A stretch of DNA of 64,000 nt from Antedon mediterranea (GCF_964355755.1 NC_092671.1:12648001-12712000); one strand, 5' to 3'; shown: positions 42,401 to 57,400, counted from the stretch's first letter. Notes: a model not told the origin generated them from the sequence alone. Numbers and translations are program-made.

Positions 42401-45400
42401 TTTTCAATAGACAAACTGTTTCAATATTCATACTGATAATCATATGATCATTATTATAACTTTTTTTGTTTAAAGTGAGACCCTCCCCTCCAGGATGTCC
42501 ATCCATCAGTGAGGTTACAGCTACATCGGTTGTTCTTAATTGGACAATGCCATTATCTGATGGTGGGTCGCCATTAGATTTCTACGTGGTAGAAAGACGA
42601 ATGAGAGATACACTGGAATGGACAGACAGGCAGACAACCAAAGGAGTCACCATGCATGTTACGGACTTAGTACAGAACAGAGAATATGTTTTCAGAGTCC
42701 GTGCTGTCAATAAAGCTGGCCTTGAGAGTGACCCTAGCAAAGCATCACAACCATTTGTTGCTAATGATCCATGTGGTAAGATAACTATTGCATAATCAAC
42801 TATATTTCCGATACTTTTGAAATACTCTGTCTATAAAAGAGAACTAAGCTATGAATATCTTACATAATATAATATTGAGTGGTAGTTATATATTTATTAT
42901 GTTTCTTGTGTTTAATATTTTTTAAATAGCTGGTGAGACTCCTGTATTTGTTCAAGAACCAACTGATGCAATGATCAAAGAGGGAGAGCCTGCAGAATTC
43001 ATCTGCCATGTGTCTGGATCACCTAATCCTGTTATAACATGGTAAGTGAGTTATTAGTATTTGAATTCTGATCATAATGACATTTGAAATGATAGCATAG
43101 AAAATATGTTTTAACTCATTTTTATTTGCTATAGGGTAAGGAAGGGCCGAGATTTATACCCTGGTAAACGGTACCACATATTTGATGAAGGTGATGGTAA
43201 ACACCGTCTAGTCATACCAAACCCACATGAGATTGATATTGGATCATACACTGTAGTTGCTCAGAATGCTTCTGGAAAGACCCGCTGTTCAGTGGAGCTG
43301 GGAATTCAACGTAAGCTACATAATTAAATTTAGTCTATTTTAATATGCAAAGGTGCTGCCTGCCTAGAAATAAAAAAGGACACCTACCATAATTGAAAAT
43401 AAGCCTGTAATAAACAATAATAATACTGTATCGTGACATTTGAAAATGTATGCATTGTACCATAAAATGACTATATAACTCTATAACTTTGAACAGAGCC
43501 AGCTACGCTAGAGTTAGACAAACGTTTGAGAGAGATCAGTGTTAAAGCAGGCCTAACAACTCGAATGACTATCAATTTTGGTGGTATGCCTAAACCTGCT
43601 ATTTCGTGGACAAAGGATGGTATTCCAATTGAAAGCAAAGGACGATTTAAAGCAGATTGTTATGGAGATATTGCAGAGTTGAGTATTCGTGAATCTGAAA
43701 GAGAAGACACTGGTGAATACCAGATTACTGTCACTAATTCTTTGGGTTCACAGAGTTTGCCAATTAAAGTTAAAATCCATGGTAAGATTTTATATTTGTT
43801 TCTTATATAAATAACAAATTTATGCACTAAATATAAATTTAAATTTCTCTCTTCTATTAGTATTATATTAATATTATTATTTTTAATATTATTTTTCAGA
43901 CAAACCTGGAAAACCAGCTGGTCCAATCACTGCCGAAGAAGTAAAGAAAGATTCCATAGCTATTTCATGGCAGCCACCAACAGATGATGGAGGCAATGAG
44001 ATATTGCGTTATCACATTGAGATGCGAGAGGCCGACAAACATGCATGGCAGAAGGTGGGAACATCAATGGCTACGCAATTTAGCGTCAGCAGGCTTCGCC
44101 AAGGTATTTCACTTATCTTCAGAATATCTGCAGAGAATATTGATGGCATTGGAACTCCATTAGAGGGAAGGGAATCTATTCAAGCAAAGAGTCCATTTGG
44201 TAAGTATAGAAAACAATCATGTATACATCTTTAATGGAAAGTAGGTTATGAAAAGATTTGTATTATCATTTTTCTTTAAATGTTTTGTATTTAAGATGTC
44301 CCATCTGCTCCTGGCAAACCAACACTCAGAGGTATAGAAGCAAATCGTGTCCACCTCTCTTGGACAGCACCAAAATCAGATGGTGGAAGCAAGATTACTG
44401 GATACGTTATTGAGAAACGTGAGACTACAAGCAAGCGTTGGTTCCGTGCTAATAGAACGGAAGTAATTAAACCTGACCACGTAATCGAACATTTGATTGA
44501 AGACAGCGAGTATGAATTCAGGGTGTTTGCTGAAAACAAAGCAGGGCTAAGTGGGCCAAGTGAACTATCTCAACGTGTAGTAGCTAAAGATCCAAGAGGT
44601 AAGTTTAAAATATTTGAATTGTATTTCAAAGACTAAATCATTATTGAGTGTAGTAGCTGGCAAATCATTATGGTCAGCCAATATAATGTGAAATTAACTG
44701 AAATTGACTTGAAACATTTACCTCTTTTAATTTTACAGACTCTACAGAACCAGAGATCGTAAAAGTACCACATACAATATCTGTTGCACAGGGTAAATCT
44801 GGAACTATTGAAGTAGAGGTTAAAGGTTATCCATTACCAGTATGTAAGTGGTATCGATATGGTAGAGAGTTGCGAGATGGCCGGAAATATCAATTGAAGA
44901 ACTTTGGAAAGGTGTGTACGCTTACTCTGAACGACGTATATGAAGAAGACACTGGTGAGATCATGGTAAAGGCCGTGAACAAAGCAGGAATGAGAATAGC
45001 AACTACCATTGTTCAGCTGCGAAGTAAGACTTTTACACAGCTTAGTATAACTGAAGTTTAATAATACACTACACCCATTCACACTAAACATTGGCCATGA
45101 TGTTTTATAATGACTCTCTTAATCAATACATGTTTTTATTCATTCACTACAGTACCTCCACATCTGACACTTCCAACAAGACTACGTTCACCACTCTATT
45201 GCCTGGAAGGAGAAGTCTTGAAGCTTCGTATTTCAGTCACTGGTGTTCCCAGGCCTACAATAGCATGGGATCACAATGGTCGCGATCTTGTAGAAGGCAT
45301 ACGATATGAAATGAGAGAAACAGATAGGGATACAATATTGGTCATTAATAAGATTACAAATGCAGATGCAGGAAAGTACACTGTTGTGGCTACCAATGAA

Positions 45401-48400
45401 CTAGGAGCTGATACAGCAAGTGTTAGCATCAACATTCTCCGTAAGTATTTAAAAGTTACAGTGCTTCGCCTACATGCACAACTCTTTCAACCATTTAACA
45501 CATTTTTAATTGCCATATTTTTTTACAAATTCAATATTGTTTGTACAGGACACTCTGATCCACCACGTAACCTTGAGGTAACAGATATCTCAACTGATGC
45601 AGTACGTCTTTACTGGCAACCTCCTTTGTATGATGGTGGCAATACTGTTACAAGCTATATGATAGAAAAACAGGAATCTGGACAGATTGCATGGACACGG
45701 GTTTTAGCTAGCAGAAACTGCTTTTTAACTGTTGTTGGACTCAAATCTAATACTGAATACACATTCAGGGTGACAGCTCTTAATGATTATGGCCCAAGTG
45801 ACCCCTGCACTGCAACTTCACTCATAAAAACAAAACGTAAGTTTACTTTGGCAATTACTGTTATAAAGATAGTACAATATATATAGTAAGGAAGTTGGAT
45901 TGGTGCAAACTTTTCGTTTTATTTCAGGCTACTCTGTTCAATTAAGTGTGTTTTTATGTTGTATTAAAGTTGAGACAATTCACATTTATAAGCTTAAGTT
46001 ATGTATTAAATAAGATTTCTTTCACATATAGCATCAGACAGAGATCGTCCTCAATTTGAAGACATTGAGTCTAGAAGAAAATACTATGATTCCATTGGTA
46101 AGTTCAACATAGTAGAAAGTAACAAATATAATTACTTTCAAACTTATGAAAAAATAAATTTTTACCGTAAATATGGTGTCTTATCATCACTGCTGTCATT
46201 TAATTTAGCTTTATTACAGCCAGTTTTGTAGGCTTAACAAATTTATTCCATGTCCTACCAAAATACATGTTTAGAATTACCTACTATTTCTTGCAGTTGA
46301 TACATCGTACATACCATCAAAATATGACTTCAGACGTAAGGCAGGATCAGTCTATGATTATTATGAAATATGTGAAGAAATCGGCAGGTAAGAATTACAC
46401 CACTACATTTGAATACATATTGGTAGTGTAAGAAGAGTTATCACATATTATATAACACCTAAATAAATTCCTGTCATTTGATTGGACGAATGTGGGTCAC
46501 ATGGCGTGCAATAGTACGCACTATTCAACGATCGTTAAATAGTACTTTTTGAAACATTTTTGTGTACGAAAAAAAAACGTCTAGATGTTATATAAAACAA
46601 ATAATGAATGTTTTGTATTCGTGTAATGGTACAAATAATGGCACTTGGTGAATGATGAAAGGTTATATCAACTCGGCTTTGCCTCGTTGATATAACCTTT
46701 CATCATTCACCTCGTGCCATTATTTGTACCATTGCACTCATAAACATTCATTATTTGTATATTATTCATTTCAATTATGTAGACTGATCAAAACAACAAT
46801 TAAAATCGTATGTTTTATTTATTTAGAGGTTCGTATGGTATTGTGTACCGAGCTATTGAGAAAGCTACAGGTAAAACATGGGCTGCAAAGTTCATTCGTT
46901 GCCATGGCAAGGAGCGGGAGGTAGTCCAGCGTGAGATAAACATAATGCTGAAGATGCACCATAACCGACTTCTACAACTGCATGACGTCTTTGAGAATGA
47001 CGAAGAGATTGTTATGATTATTGAATTGTAAGTTCTTGGTATTTAAAATTTGTTATATTATCGATATGTATTTCAATTTTGACTCAAAGGACTAATTTTT
47101 AGTGATATTCATTTTAGCCTTTCTGGTGGAGAGATGTTTGACCGATTGGTTGATGAGAACTACATCTTGACAGAACCTGAAATTGTTCACTACATGCGCC
47201 AGATATGTGAAGGCATAAAACATATGCATGAACGTCATCTCATTCATTTAGATATGAAGGTAAATATAAGTTAAAAGAGGTGTGTGAATATTTTGTTAAT
47301 TATTTCCAATATTAACATCATAACCACCACTAACTAACACTTCTTTATTAATTTCTATATATAATTTATAATTAATAGCCTGAAAATATATTATTCAAAA
47401 CACGAACGAGCGAAGATATCAAGATTATTGACTTTGGGCTTGCTCATGAACTTGATCCTAATGAACCCGTACGAATGATGTTTGGCACACCAGAGTTTGT
47501 GGCACCAGAGGTAGTCAACCATGAGCCAATTGGACTGCCGACAGATCTCTGGTCACTTGGTATTCTTGCTTATGTAATGTGAGTATCAAACTCTATTGTT
47601 GCAAATATAAGCATAGGCAATAACTATTTTATGACACTTGAAATTAAATTAAAATGTATGTGATTGAAGACCCAGAATTCAGTCTAAGTAGATAAAATAA
47701 AAATTGGTAAACCAGTACCTACCTACCTTAATGTCTTCTCTTTCTTCATCTTCACACTTTTTTGCTACGTGTTCACTGTTTTCTTTCTACATTAGGTTGT
47801 CTGGTATGTCACCATTTATGGGTGATACTGATCAAGAAACTCTCAAGAACGTAGCTAAAGGTGATTGGGAATTTGACGACGAGTGCTTTGATTATGTCTC
47901 AGATGAAGGACTTGACTGGATTGAGAAGATTTTAGTAAAAGACAAAGAGTAAGTATACGTAGACCTATTTAATAATAAATTATTTATAACAAATGAACTG
48001 TCGCAATTTCACAACTACTCTAATTAATAATGCTATATGTTTAATTATAGTAAACGTATGACAATTCAAGAAGCATTACGTCATCCTTGGTTGACAATGG
48101 ATTCTGACATCTTAGCACGCAGACGTGCTCGTCGTATTGACCCAACTCGATTGAGATCATTCTACGAAAGAAGAAAACCAGAGGTATGGTACTATCCCAC
48201 CTTGTCATCACAAATCTCTTTTGCTTACAACTCTAAATTACTAATAAGATACAATCAGCTACTATAAATTCAAGTAATGGTAATTGGTGTGGTTATTATT
48301 GATTCAAACATTACTTGATCTACTATTTTAGGGTGCTGGACAAACAGCATTGGCTATTGGTCGGTTGGCCCACACAGGATCCCTGCGTGAAGTACACAAG

Positions 48401-51400
48401 ACCTTTAGAGGCCAAACTTTGAACGAAAGAATTGTGTTTATGGGTGAGAATTAACTTTTTATAAAAGTTTGTCTTTTGGTTTGCAAATCAAAATTGGTTT
48501 GCTTTTACTAGTAGCTATAATAGCTAATTTAATTTAGTAATAATATTGGTAAATTATCTTGTTTTATTAGGTGTGCGAGATGCTGCACCACAATTTGTCA
48601 AGCCACTTGTTAATACTACAGCTATAGAAGCCAGCAATGGTCGCTTTGAATGTGAAGTGTCTGCTCTTACAGAACCTCTTATTTTGTGGTGAGTAAACGA
48701 TATAACTGTAATTTTCACAATATTTAATCCAAAATAAATTCAAAATACTGTACTATACATGATTTATTTTTTATTTACAGGTACAAGGGATCTAAGTTAC
48801 TGCCAATCAGCATCAAATACAAAATGTTTTATGATGACAGAAAATACACACTTGTTGTTCATGATGCAAACATTGATGACATTTCCAAATACACATGTAA
48901 AGCCAGTAATTCATATGGTCATGCAACATCAACAGCGTCGCTTGACGTAGAATGTACGTATTACCTATATTAATATAAAAAGCATTATATGGCAAAACAG
49001 GTCCCCAGTATTGTAGATCAAGCATTATCCAATAGTACATTTATATTAATAAATAGATAGATTACTTCTTTTTTTATTTGAGAATTGACAATTGAATATA
49101 TTTTCAGTATTCGATGATGATGAACTTGCTAACCGTGGTGAAAGAAGAACCATTGGCTTCAAGCGTCAAAAGTAAGTTGAGATTCAATTGTGTGATTGTA
49201 GTATATTGACCATACCAACAGTTGTATTTGGCTGGGAGTAATTTCTTTACTTTCATTTTAAATAATTATGTATATTACAGGATACCACTGGGAGAACGTG
49301 CAAGAAGACGTCGTTCACTACACGCTGCTGCTACAGGCTACTTGGATATGCCTCCTCAGTTTGTGGCAACACTTCAAGATCAAGAATGTGGATTAGGATT
49401 TATTCTACCACTAACCTTCCAAGGTATTTTTTCAAATATTACACTCAATCTATATATGTTACAGTTACTGTGTGCTTATGAGATGTAGATTGTATTACAA
49501 ACCACTGTAACCCAAAGCTGTATTTATTCAGTATTGTTAGTTTATAATTAGATCATAAATGGGCTCCAAAGGAAATAAGCTCCTAAGCTTTTTTGGCTAC
49601 TACTGGGCTTGTAGCTTAAGTGAAGTTGTGATTTTGTATAATATATGTATTTTAATTGATTTTCTAATTTAAATCATTTAATATTTATTTTGTCTATTTT
49701 ATTTTTAGTACATACACCACCAGAGCCTCGTGTTACCTGGTTCAAGGGTACAACAGCGATAGTAGATGACCGCCACTACACACAGCATGCTGCTAATGGT
49801 TCATACGCATTAACAATACAAGAGACAACTTTAGAAGACTCCGGTGAATACTCAGCACAGGTTTCAAATATTGAAGGAACATCTATTACAAAATGCATCA
49901 TTTCTGTTGATGGTAATTATTTTTATTATTTAATTTATTTATGTGTTGCATATTGCATTACCAAATTATGGCAAACCGGTGGAGGCTGTGATTTCTATTA
50001 TTATCTCGTTGAAATCTGATCAGATCTATGTTTAGCAATAAAACTGTTATCATTAAATCTAAGTACTTTTTTTTATCTTAGAACATTACATCGACAAATA
50101 TGCTGGCTACAAGAAGCCATATTTTGAGAAGAAATTACGAGATATTTTGATTGTTGAGGGCAGTGCAGCCCGCCTTGAGTGCAATATTAGTGCAGTACCT
50201 GATCCAGAAATTAGATGGTATGTTTAGGCCTACATTTAATTATGTTCTTGTTTTCCTGACTCTAAATCTGTAATACTCAAACTAGACAATTAACAGTTAA
50301 GCCTGCTTGTGTGTATCTCAGTTGCCATCTATATGATAAAACGGGTTTATCAGGTTTTAAACACATACATTTCCTTTGTTGTAGTATTTGGTATTTATAC
50401 AGGATTACTTTTTCTTACTTAAAAAAACCCTTTCAACCTGGGATTACACATTTAAATATTGTATATTTTCTAAAAACTAACTATTACTTTATAGGTTCAA
50501 AAATGACAAAGAGGTAGCTGATGGACATCACTACAAGATAGATTGTGAAGATGACGGTACCCATACACTGACAATACAAGAGGCATTCTTACAAGATGCT
50601 GGGTCATATACCTGTCAAGCTAGTAATCTACTTGGACGTATCTCATGCGAAGCTACCCTCAGTGTAGAACGTAAGTTAAACTTATTTTTCAGTATTATTT
50701 TAATTTATAAACAATGTAGCTCAATTTGTTTGTATACATCTGTAAACAGGAAGGTACTTCATCATAATTTACTGATGGAATGTTATGAAATTGTTATGGC
50801 ATTGAATCAAAGTATTCTGTCCAAAGATGTTGAAAGTGCATCTCAATGATTATGAATGAACCAGATTTACAATTGATGAATGATCAATAAAAAATGATCT
50901 TGAATCATATGTTCATTCTTCACCAGAAGTTCATAATATAACTTTTGTACAGTAAAAAAGTATAATCATAACAGTGAAAAACTTGTTGGTCTAATCTTTT
51001 AATTTTATTACTGGGATCCCAGTATTTTAATAGGAGGGCGTGTTTGTTTGTTTTTATTTTTTGCTCATATAAAAACAACAAAAATATACATCAAAAGTCG
51101 CAGACTTAAAAAACAACAAATTCAGTCCAAAGACAACAAAAAACGGGTAGGAGCAAAGGATAACCCTCTAAACCCGGAGGTTTGTATCCTGAGGGGTACT
51201 GACCAGATCAACCATAATCAAGAATTTCTTTTGTTATTTTATGAACCAGGATGAAAGAAAACAAATCATTTATAAGCTTGAATACACTTCACCAATTTTG
51301 GGCAAAGAAGGGAAAACTTTAAAATGTCTGTAGACCTATCAGCGTCTATTTATACTCTTTATGTGTTTGTTTATTACGTCAAATATTTATGTAATTGAAA

Positions 51401-54400
51401 GATGATATACAGATTATATATCATATTTTTTCTAATTTTGCTAAAAGTAAATTTAATAGATGTTGTGGGGGTTTTTACTGTCACGATATCAAATTAAGTA
51501 ATATCATATTTTGCCGAATATAAAGTTTTGTTCAAAGCTGCCAGCTTATATCTCTCATTGACATGTTGCTTGAGGAATTTGACCTTTCGTGCGGATGAAG
51601 ATTCTGTTTGGATAGATCGCTAATGAGAATTCTTCTAGCAGTTCCCTCTACGCTATGAAATATTTAAGATAGATTGGATAACATTTTGCACTCGGCTTTT
51701 GAGAGCAATAAAGTTAAGCGTTGATTAAAATTATATTGCACAATCCTTGATTTTTTTTTTTTTTCAATGGCGTTTATCTTTGTGAATATAAGTTACATTC
51801 AATGTCACAGTGTTTTCTATATAAGTTGTTGTATTGTTTGTAACACTATTAGTCTAACTTAGTTTTAAATTTACTATTTCACTTCATATTTTTTTCACTT
51901 TACTTATAACTTAAATAAAGTGGAGGAGCCTAGATGGAAGCATAGCTTGTAATGAATAAGCTCCTCAAAACAAAAAATATAAAATATAAAATAATATTAC
52001 AAAATGTGGTACTCCAAAAAACAACAGACTTATATAATAATGAAGATTTTTTTCTTAACTAATATGTTTTCAAACACATACTTCTAATAACAAGTTTTAA
52101 AAAATAAGACAAGTAATATAGATTATATAAATTATTTAAGATAATTTATTTAGATAATATCCAAATATGTAAATATTAAAAGAAATTACAAAGAACCTTC
52201 AACCAATAAAGTTTTAATTTACGTTTAAATTAATAACAGTTTATATGTGATTTTTTTAAGAGATGAAGTTTAGTGATCTACAAAAACGAAAACATATATA
52301 TTTGGTCTACTATTTGACGAATTTCTATCGTTTCGGCAGCTTTTATAAATTGGACAAGTAACTTTTGATATAACCCTTTTAAACTAAAGTAGTATTAAAT
52401 TTTGTTTCGATATTAAAGTTAATAGTAAGTGTAGTGTCATTTGCTCATTTAGAATGCTAAGTCATGCAAGCACACACTGTAGGTATCGAATGTCTTGGAA
52501 TGCAATCATACGCTGCTATAAATCTAATCATAGCTCGGCTCTCGGCTCAAGTATGTATATCTGAGTAGTGTGGTATGGCTTACGAATTACATAAACGCTG
52601 GCATGCTGAGTTAGATTTCAAATTCACCCAGGCCTGCACAAGACGAAGACGTGTCATGGAATATACGTATCGCAAAGAGGGGTTTTCTCCAAAGCCAAGG
52701 ACATCTCGTGGTCGCGGTAAAAAGTTACGCCGGTTGCGAAGGAGTGCTTCAATAAAGATTCTTATGACAACTTACCTTGGCGAAGATTCTGGATCTGACG
52801 ATGGTTTTGATCCAAAAGTTGTATCCGTAACCAGGAAGCCTTTTGTCAGCTCTAGTTTTGCAGATTATACGCCTAAGCGGACGGAGCCTACATTTGCTGA
52901 TACAAATTTCAAATTTTCGACCAGACCTGTTAAGGAATCATATAGGCATAGTGATTATTCATACACGAGTCCAAAAGTAACTCGCTACGAAAAATCATTG
53001 ACAGATTATCCATACAGAAGTCCAAAATTAGACTTTCCTATTCTTAATGACATATACGAGGATGACTTGGTAGAATCTGATACAGAGGAAGTGGAGACAT
53101 GGGACCTTCCAGCATCCAAAGTAGAGAATTTCATAGATGAACCTCTTGAAGATATATTAGAAAGATATTTGCCTGGATATACTCCACGAAAACGAAACAG
53201 TGTCATGAAGACAGTCTTAACAGAAAAGTATCCAGTCAGTTTGAGCAAAAAAGCTGTCTTCATACCATGGAAGGAACGTGATATTTATTTCAGAAATGAT
53301 GGGTACAGTCCAGATAAATATATTACTAGTGGCTCAAGAAGTCCTACTAAAACGCCGGTTAACAACAAGAAGAAAACTATTCGAAAAAATAAGAAACTTG
53401 TTGTGCAATCGTATGACTTGCCCTCACCACTAAAGTCAAGAAGTCCGACAAGAGCGCCGCGTAATCACCGTGAAATCAAAAATGAAAATCTAATTGACCG
53501 GTATTTACTAGCTTACTGGTTACAAGATAGTTATGATAGAACTCCTAGAAATAGTCGTAAGCTTGATTATGATTACTTATCAGTCCCTTCTTATTCTTAT
53601 ACAGGCTTGAGTGTATCTAGTGATTATGGATCGCCATTATCAAGGTAAGACAAGTTTTGTTTAGAAAATCATGTAAATCATTAAAAAAATTCATTTAAAC
53701 ATATATGTAGTATTATGACTTTAATATATATTTTTTCATTTAATAACTGTGCGCGTATTTCGGGTTTTTTTACATTTTTGTATTTTTGTTTAAAATAATG
53801 CTTTTTTTTTATCACAGAGAATCTAGTACTGAAGATCTGACCAAGTTTGTTCCGAGACGACGAAAACCCAAGAATGTAGCACCATTCTTCAGCCTTCCTC
53901 TTCGTCGAAAGACACTAGTAGAAGGCCAAACAGCAGTGCTGGTGTGTACTGTACAGGGAACAAATGAGCCTATAATAACATGGACTAAAAATGGACGTCA
54001 AATTCTGGATGGAGAAACGTATAAAATAACTTTCAAGAGAGGGTCATGTACACTGGAGATTGGTAATGCGCAGCAGTCTGATACTGGTACATATCGTTGC
54101 ATCGCAACTAATGCTGATGGTGACGAATTTACAACCTGTGAACTTGTTGTTGACGAAAGTAAGTCATTGTTGATTTATTAAAATATTTATTAACAAATCC
54201 ATCATTGAGGGTATGTTATTTGCCATACAATCGTATTCCTTCCCAATACTGTAGAAAACTTATATGCGAAATATGCTAGTTACGCGATCCAGATTTATAA
54301 TACTGTACATACGCACATAGATATTTTCTTTTCAAACAAGGTTGTGCTAAGATACCTGGCATTCCTTGCTGTTTATTTTGAACGATGACACAACATTACA

Positions 54401-57400
54401 TGATCGTAATGTTTATTTATTTAGGATAGAAATAGAAATCGCTTATAACTCCCTAATCAATAGAATAGGATTGCAGTGTTTACGTAGTTTTTGCAACACG
54501 ATATGCCAATGCAATAAACAATTCTTACTTAATTTCGTCATCAAATAAAATGTCAACAATGTGAAGCCCATAGTCCTATAAGGATATCTATACTTGTCTT
54601 CATTATCTACATTTTCTGAGAGTATAATAACTATGTACACGTAGGCCTACAAACTAGCAGCACATGATAAAATGATAATAAAACCAGACATGTTGTTTTA
54701 TCACAGATGTGAATCTATCGGTAAATCGTTAACAAACACAGCTGTTATGACATGAATTTATGAACAGGAAACATGTGGTTCACGAATTATTTAATTATAC
54801 AAGTAAATTGAAATGACTTAATAGCCGATCTGTTTGTTGCTATGTAGTGGAAATAAGCTAATAAGTGTTTGGGTTTATCCTGAAATATCTTTTATAAATG
54901 TATTTTTATTTGTAAAGTCAGTAATTTATGTTATCACTTTGTATATATTTTTATGATGATTTTCTGTTTTATAACAATCTAAATTCGTTTATCGTGTAAC
55001 ATTATGTTATTAATATTTCAGTTAAATTATGCTTTTTATTCTGTGTATCACTATGTTTAGGTTTACCTCCCGATGACAGATTAAACTACACTAGGCCTTC
55101 GTTTCTGAAACCACTCAAGTCCCAGTATATACAGGAAGGCAAAACGGCTCGGTTCGAGATCATGGTAACCGGAACTCCTGAGCCAAAACTTACATGGTGA
55201 GAGACTTGCTGCGCAATAATATTATTTTAGTATACCAATTGCTGAGTGACTGATGATGATTATTATTATTACATCATCATTATGTCGTTGACCATGTTAT
55301 CAAGTTCAACATTAAATGTAATTAGCTTTACGGCCACAGGTATACATTGTTTAGTTACTATGTATAAACACAGTTTTGGTTTAAATGAATACATACAAAT
55401 TCCATTAAACATAATAGATTACTAACTAGTAATTGTTTATTTTATAATAGGTGTAAAGATGGTGACACAATCTATCCTTCCGGTCGTATCTTACTTGATA
55501 AGTATCTAGGAGGTGCCTATTCACTTTCAATAGCTAACGTTGCACCTACCGATGCTGGTCGATACACACTGATTGCTTCATCACCCGCTGGAACAGTGTC
55601 CTGTGGATCTGAGCTTGCTGTTATGAAAGGTACTAGAATTATGCTTGATATTCAAAAAGGTGTATACTTATTTACAAAGATATATGTTAGCAAATTAAGT
55701 TTAAAATATTGTAGTCAAGTTTTATCATTTATATTTTAGCTGAAGCAGACATAGAAGGAGATCATTTCGATAGAGATGATGATCATCGTCGGACACAACG
55801 ACAGCACCGAAGATCACGATCTGAAAGACCGCAACGTGATAAGCGATCACAAAGAAAATCAACCAGAACATCACAATCACTGACAACCGACTACGAGTAT
55901 AGAAGAAGACAACGTGCCATAAAGTACCCTTCACCAGACACTCGTGGAAGCTACACAGCGGCCTCAAGTTATTCCAGTGCATCTCGATATTCTAGTAGCA
56001 GCAGCTCTCGAACAAAATATGATCGATACCTCACAACAGACTACAGGTCAGGATCACCAGATATCAGTGGAGAGCGTAAATCCAGAAGAAGATCGAGTGA
56101 CGATGCAAAAAAGAGTGATGTACCTGAACCAATAGTTCCCAAAGCTGACGATAAAGAGGGCACCGGAGCTCCGGTGTTTGTCCAAGAGCTGAAAGACATT
56201 TCTGTTTACGACGGCGACCGAGTTGTTCTGGAAGTAGAAATTGATGGTCAGGAATTATATTTATAACTAATATAAAATTAATGTATACTGTAACTCTTCT
56301 TAAATTATAACTCAAGCCGTTTTACGATTAACAATAATAACATTATTTTAGTTTAGTTCAATTTTATCTCTTGATATAACCTAGTTTAAAAACCCACAAC
56401 GAAACAAAGGTGATGACCGTTTATATGTTGTTCTAAATGCAGGGAGCTGGTAATAATAGTGTTTGAAATTCACTCTTCTCTAGTTTGAAGCAATATTTCT
56501 AAATTCACACAATATTAATTATGTTGTTGTTAATAGGTGCACTACCAATGGATATCGGTTGGCTGCGTGAAGGTAATGATATTCCAGACGGCGATAACTT
56601 CCGATATGTTACCAAAGGAAAGATATACCAACTTGAAATTACTGAAATACTCCAGGAGGACGCTGGTAAATACACTTGTGAAGTGTTGAATGATTATGGT
56701 GAAGCTGATAGCAGTTGTAATGTCAAAGTTCAAGGTAGTAATCTAATGGGTTTTTTTTACATATTGTGCTTTTTATACTGATATAATTACTTCGGAATAT
56801 TTTCATCATTAGATTATTTCTTAGTCCGACAAAATCTATACCTATCGCGAAACAAATGAGACAGCTAGTGTGAGACAACATTTTTGTGAATTAATTTGAA
56901 AATATATATCTATATAGACGTTAAACCAATTTATATATCTTTACATTAACAGAAGAGCCAAGTGTTAGCATAAGTCAGGATATAAGTATTAGTATAAGCA
57001 CGGATCAGCCTGCAATAATTGAAGAAGATCCAGTTCCACCAGAGTTTTTCGACAAACCAAAAAATACAACATTTACCGAGGGAACAAGTGTTATGTTATC
57101 ATGTGATTGCGACGGAGACCCATTACCTGCAGGTAATTTACTTGTATTTAACTTGTATATAATCTAGATATTTTAAAACATAACATTTTAGCATTTACTT
57201 TCAAATAAACATATTGAAAATAGAAATAACATAAGATGGTTTTAATTTGACTTTTGCAGTGAGTTGGTATAAACAAGGAGATGATAAACCACTTAGAGAA
57301 AACGACCGATTTAAATTTACTGACGAGAAGTTTGTGCACACATTTGAAATACCAAGTTCAGTGGCATCCGATGCTGGGGCGTATTTGTGCAAAGCTAGCA

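Noticed and set aside
550-45091. Many short minus-strand ORFs overlapping Ig/Fn3 exons
   Set aside because: Antisense shadows of coding exons; no domain signatures or coherent exon structure
8-45886. Reading each + ORF as a separate small gene (operon-like array)
   Set aside because: ORF ends are F/I/Y/L-rich intron read-through; homology stops at AG and GT sites with consistent phase
51923-51966. GAGGAGC...GCTCCTC inverted repeat resembling a LINE 3'UTR stem-loop
   Set aside because: Only 7-bp arms and no adjacent coding remnant; too weak to call
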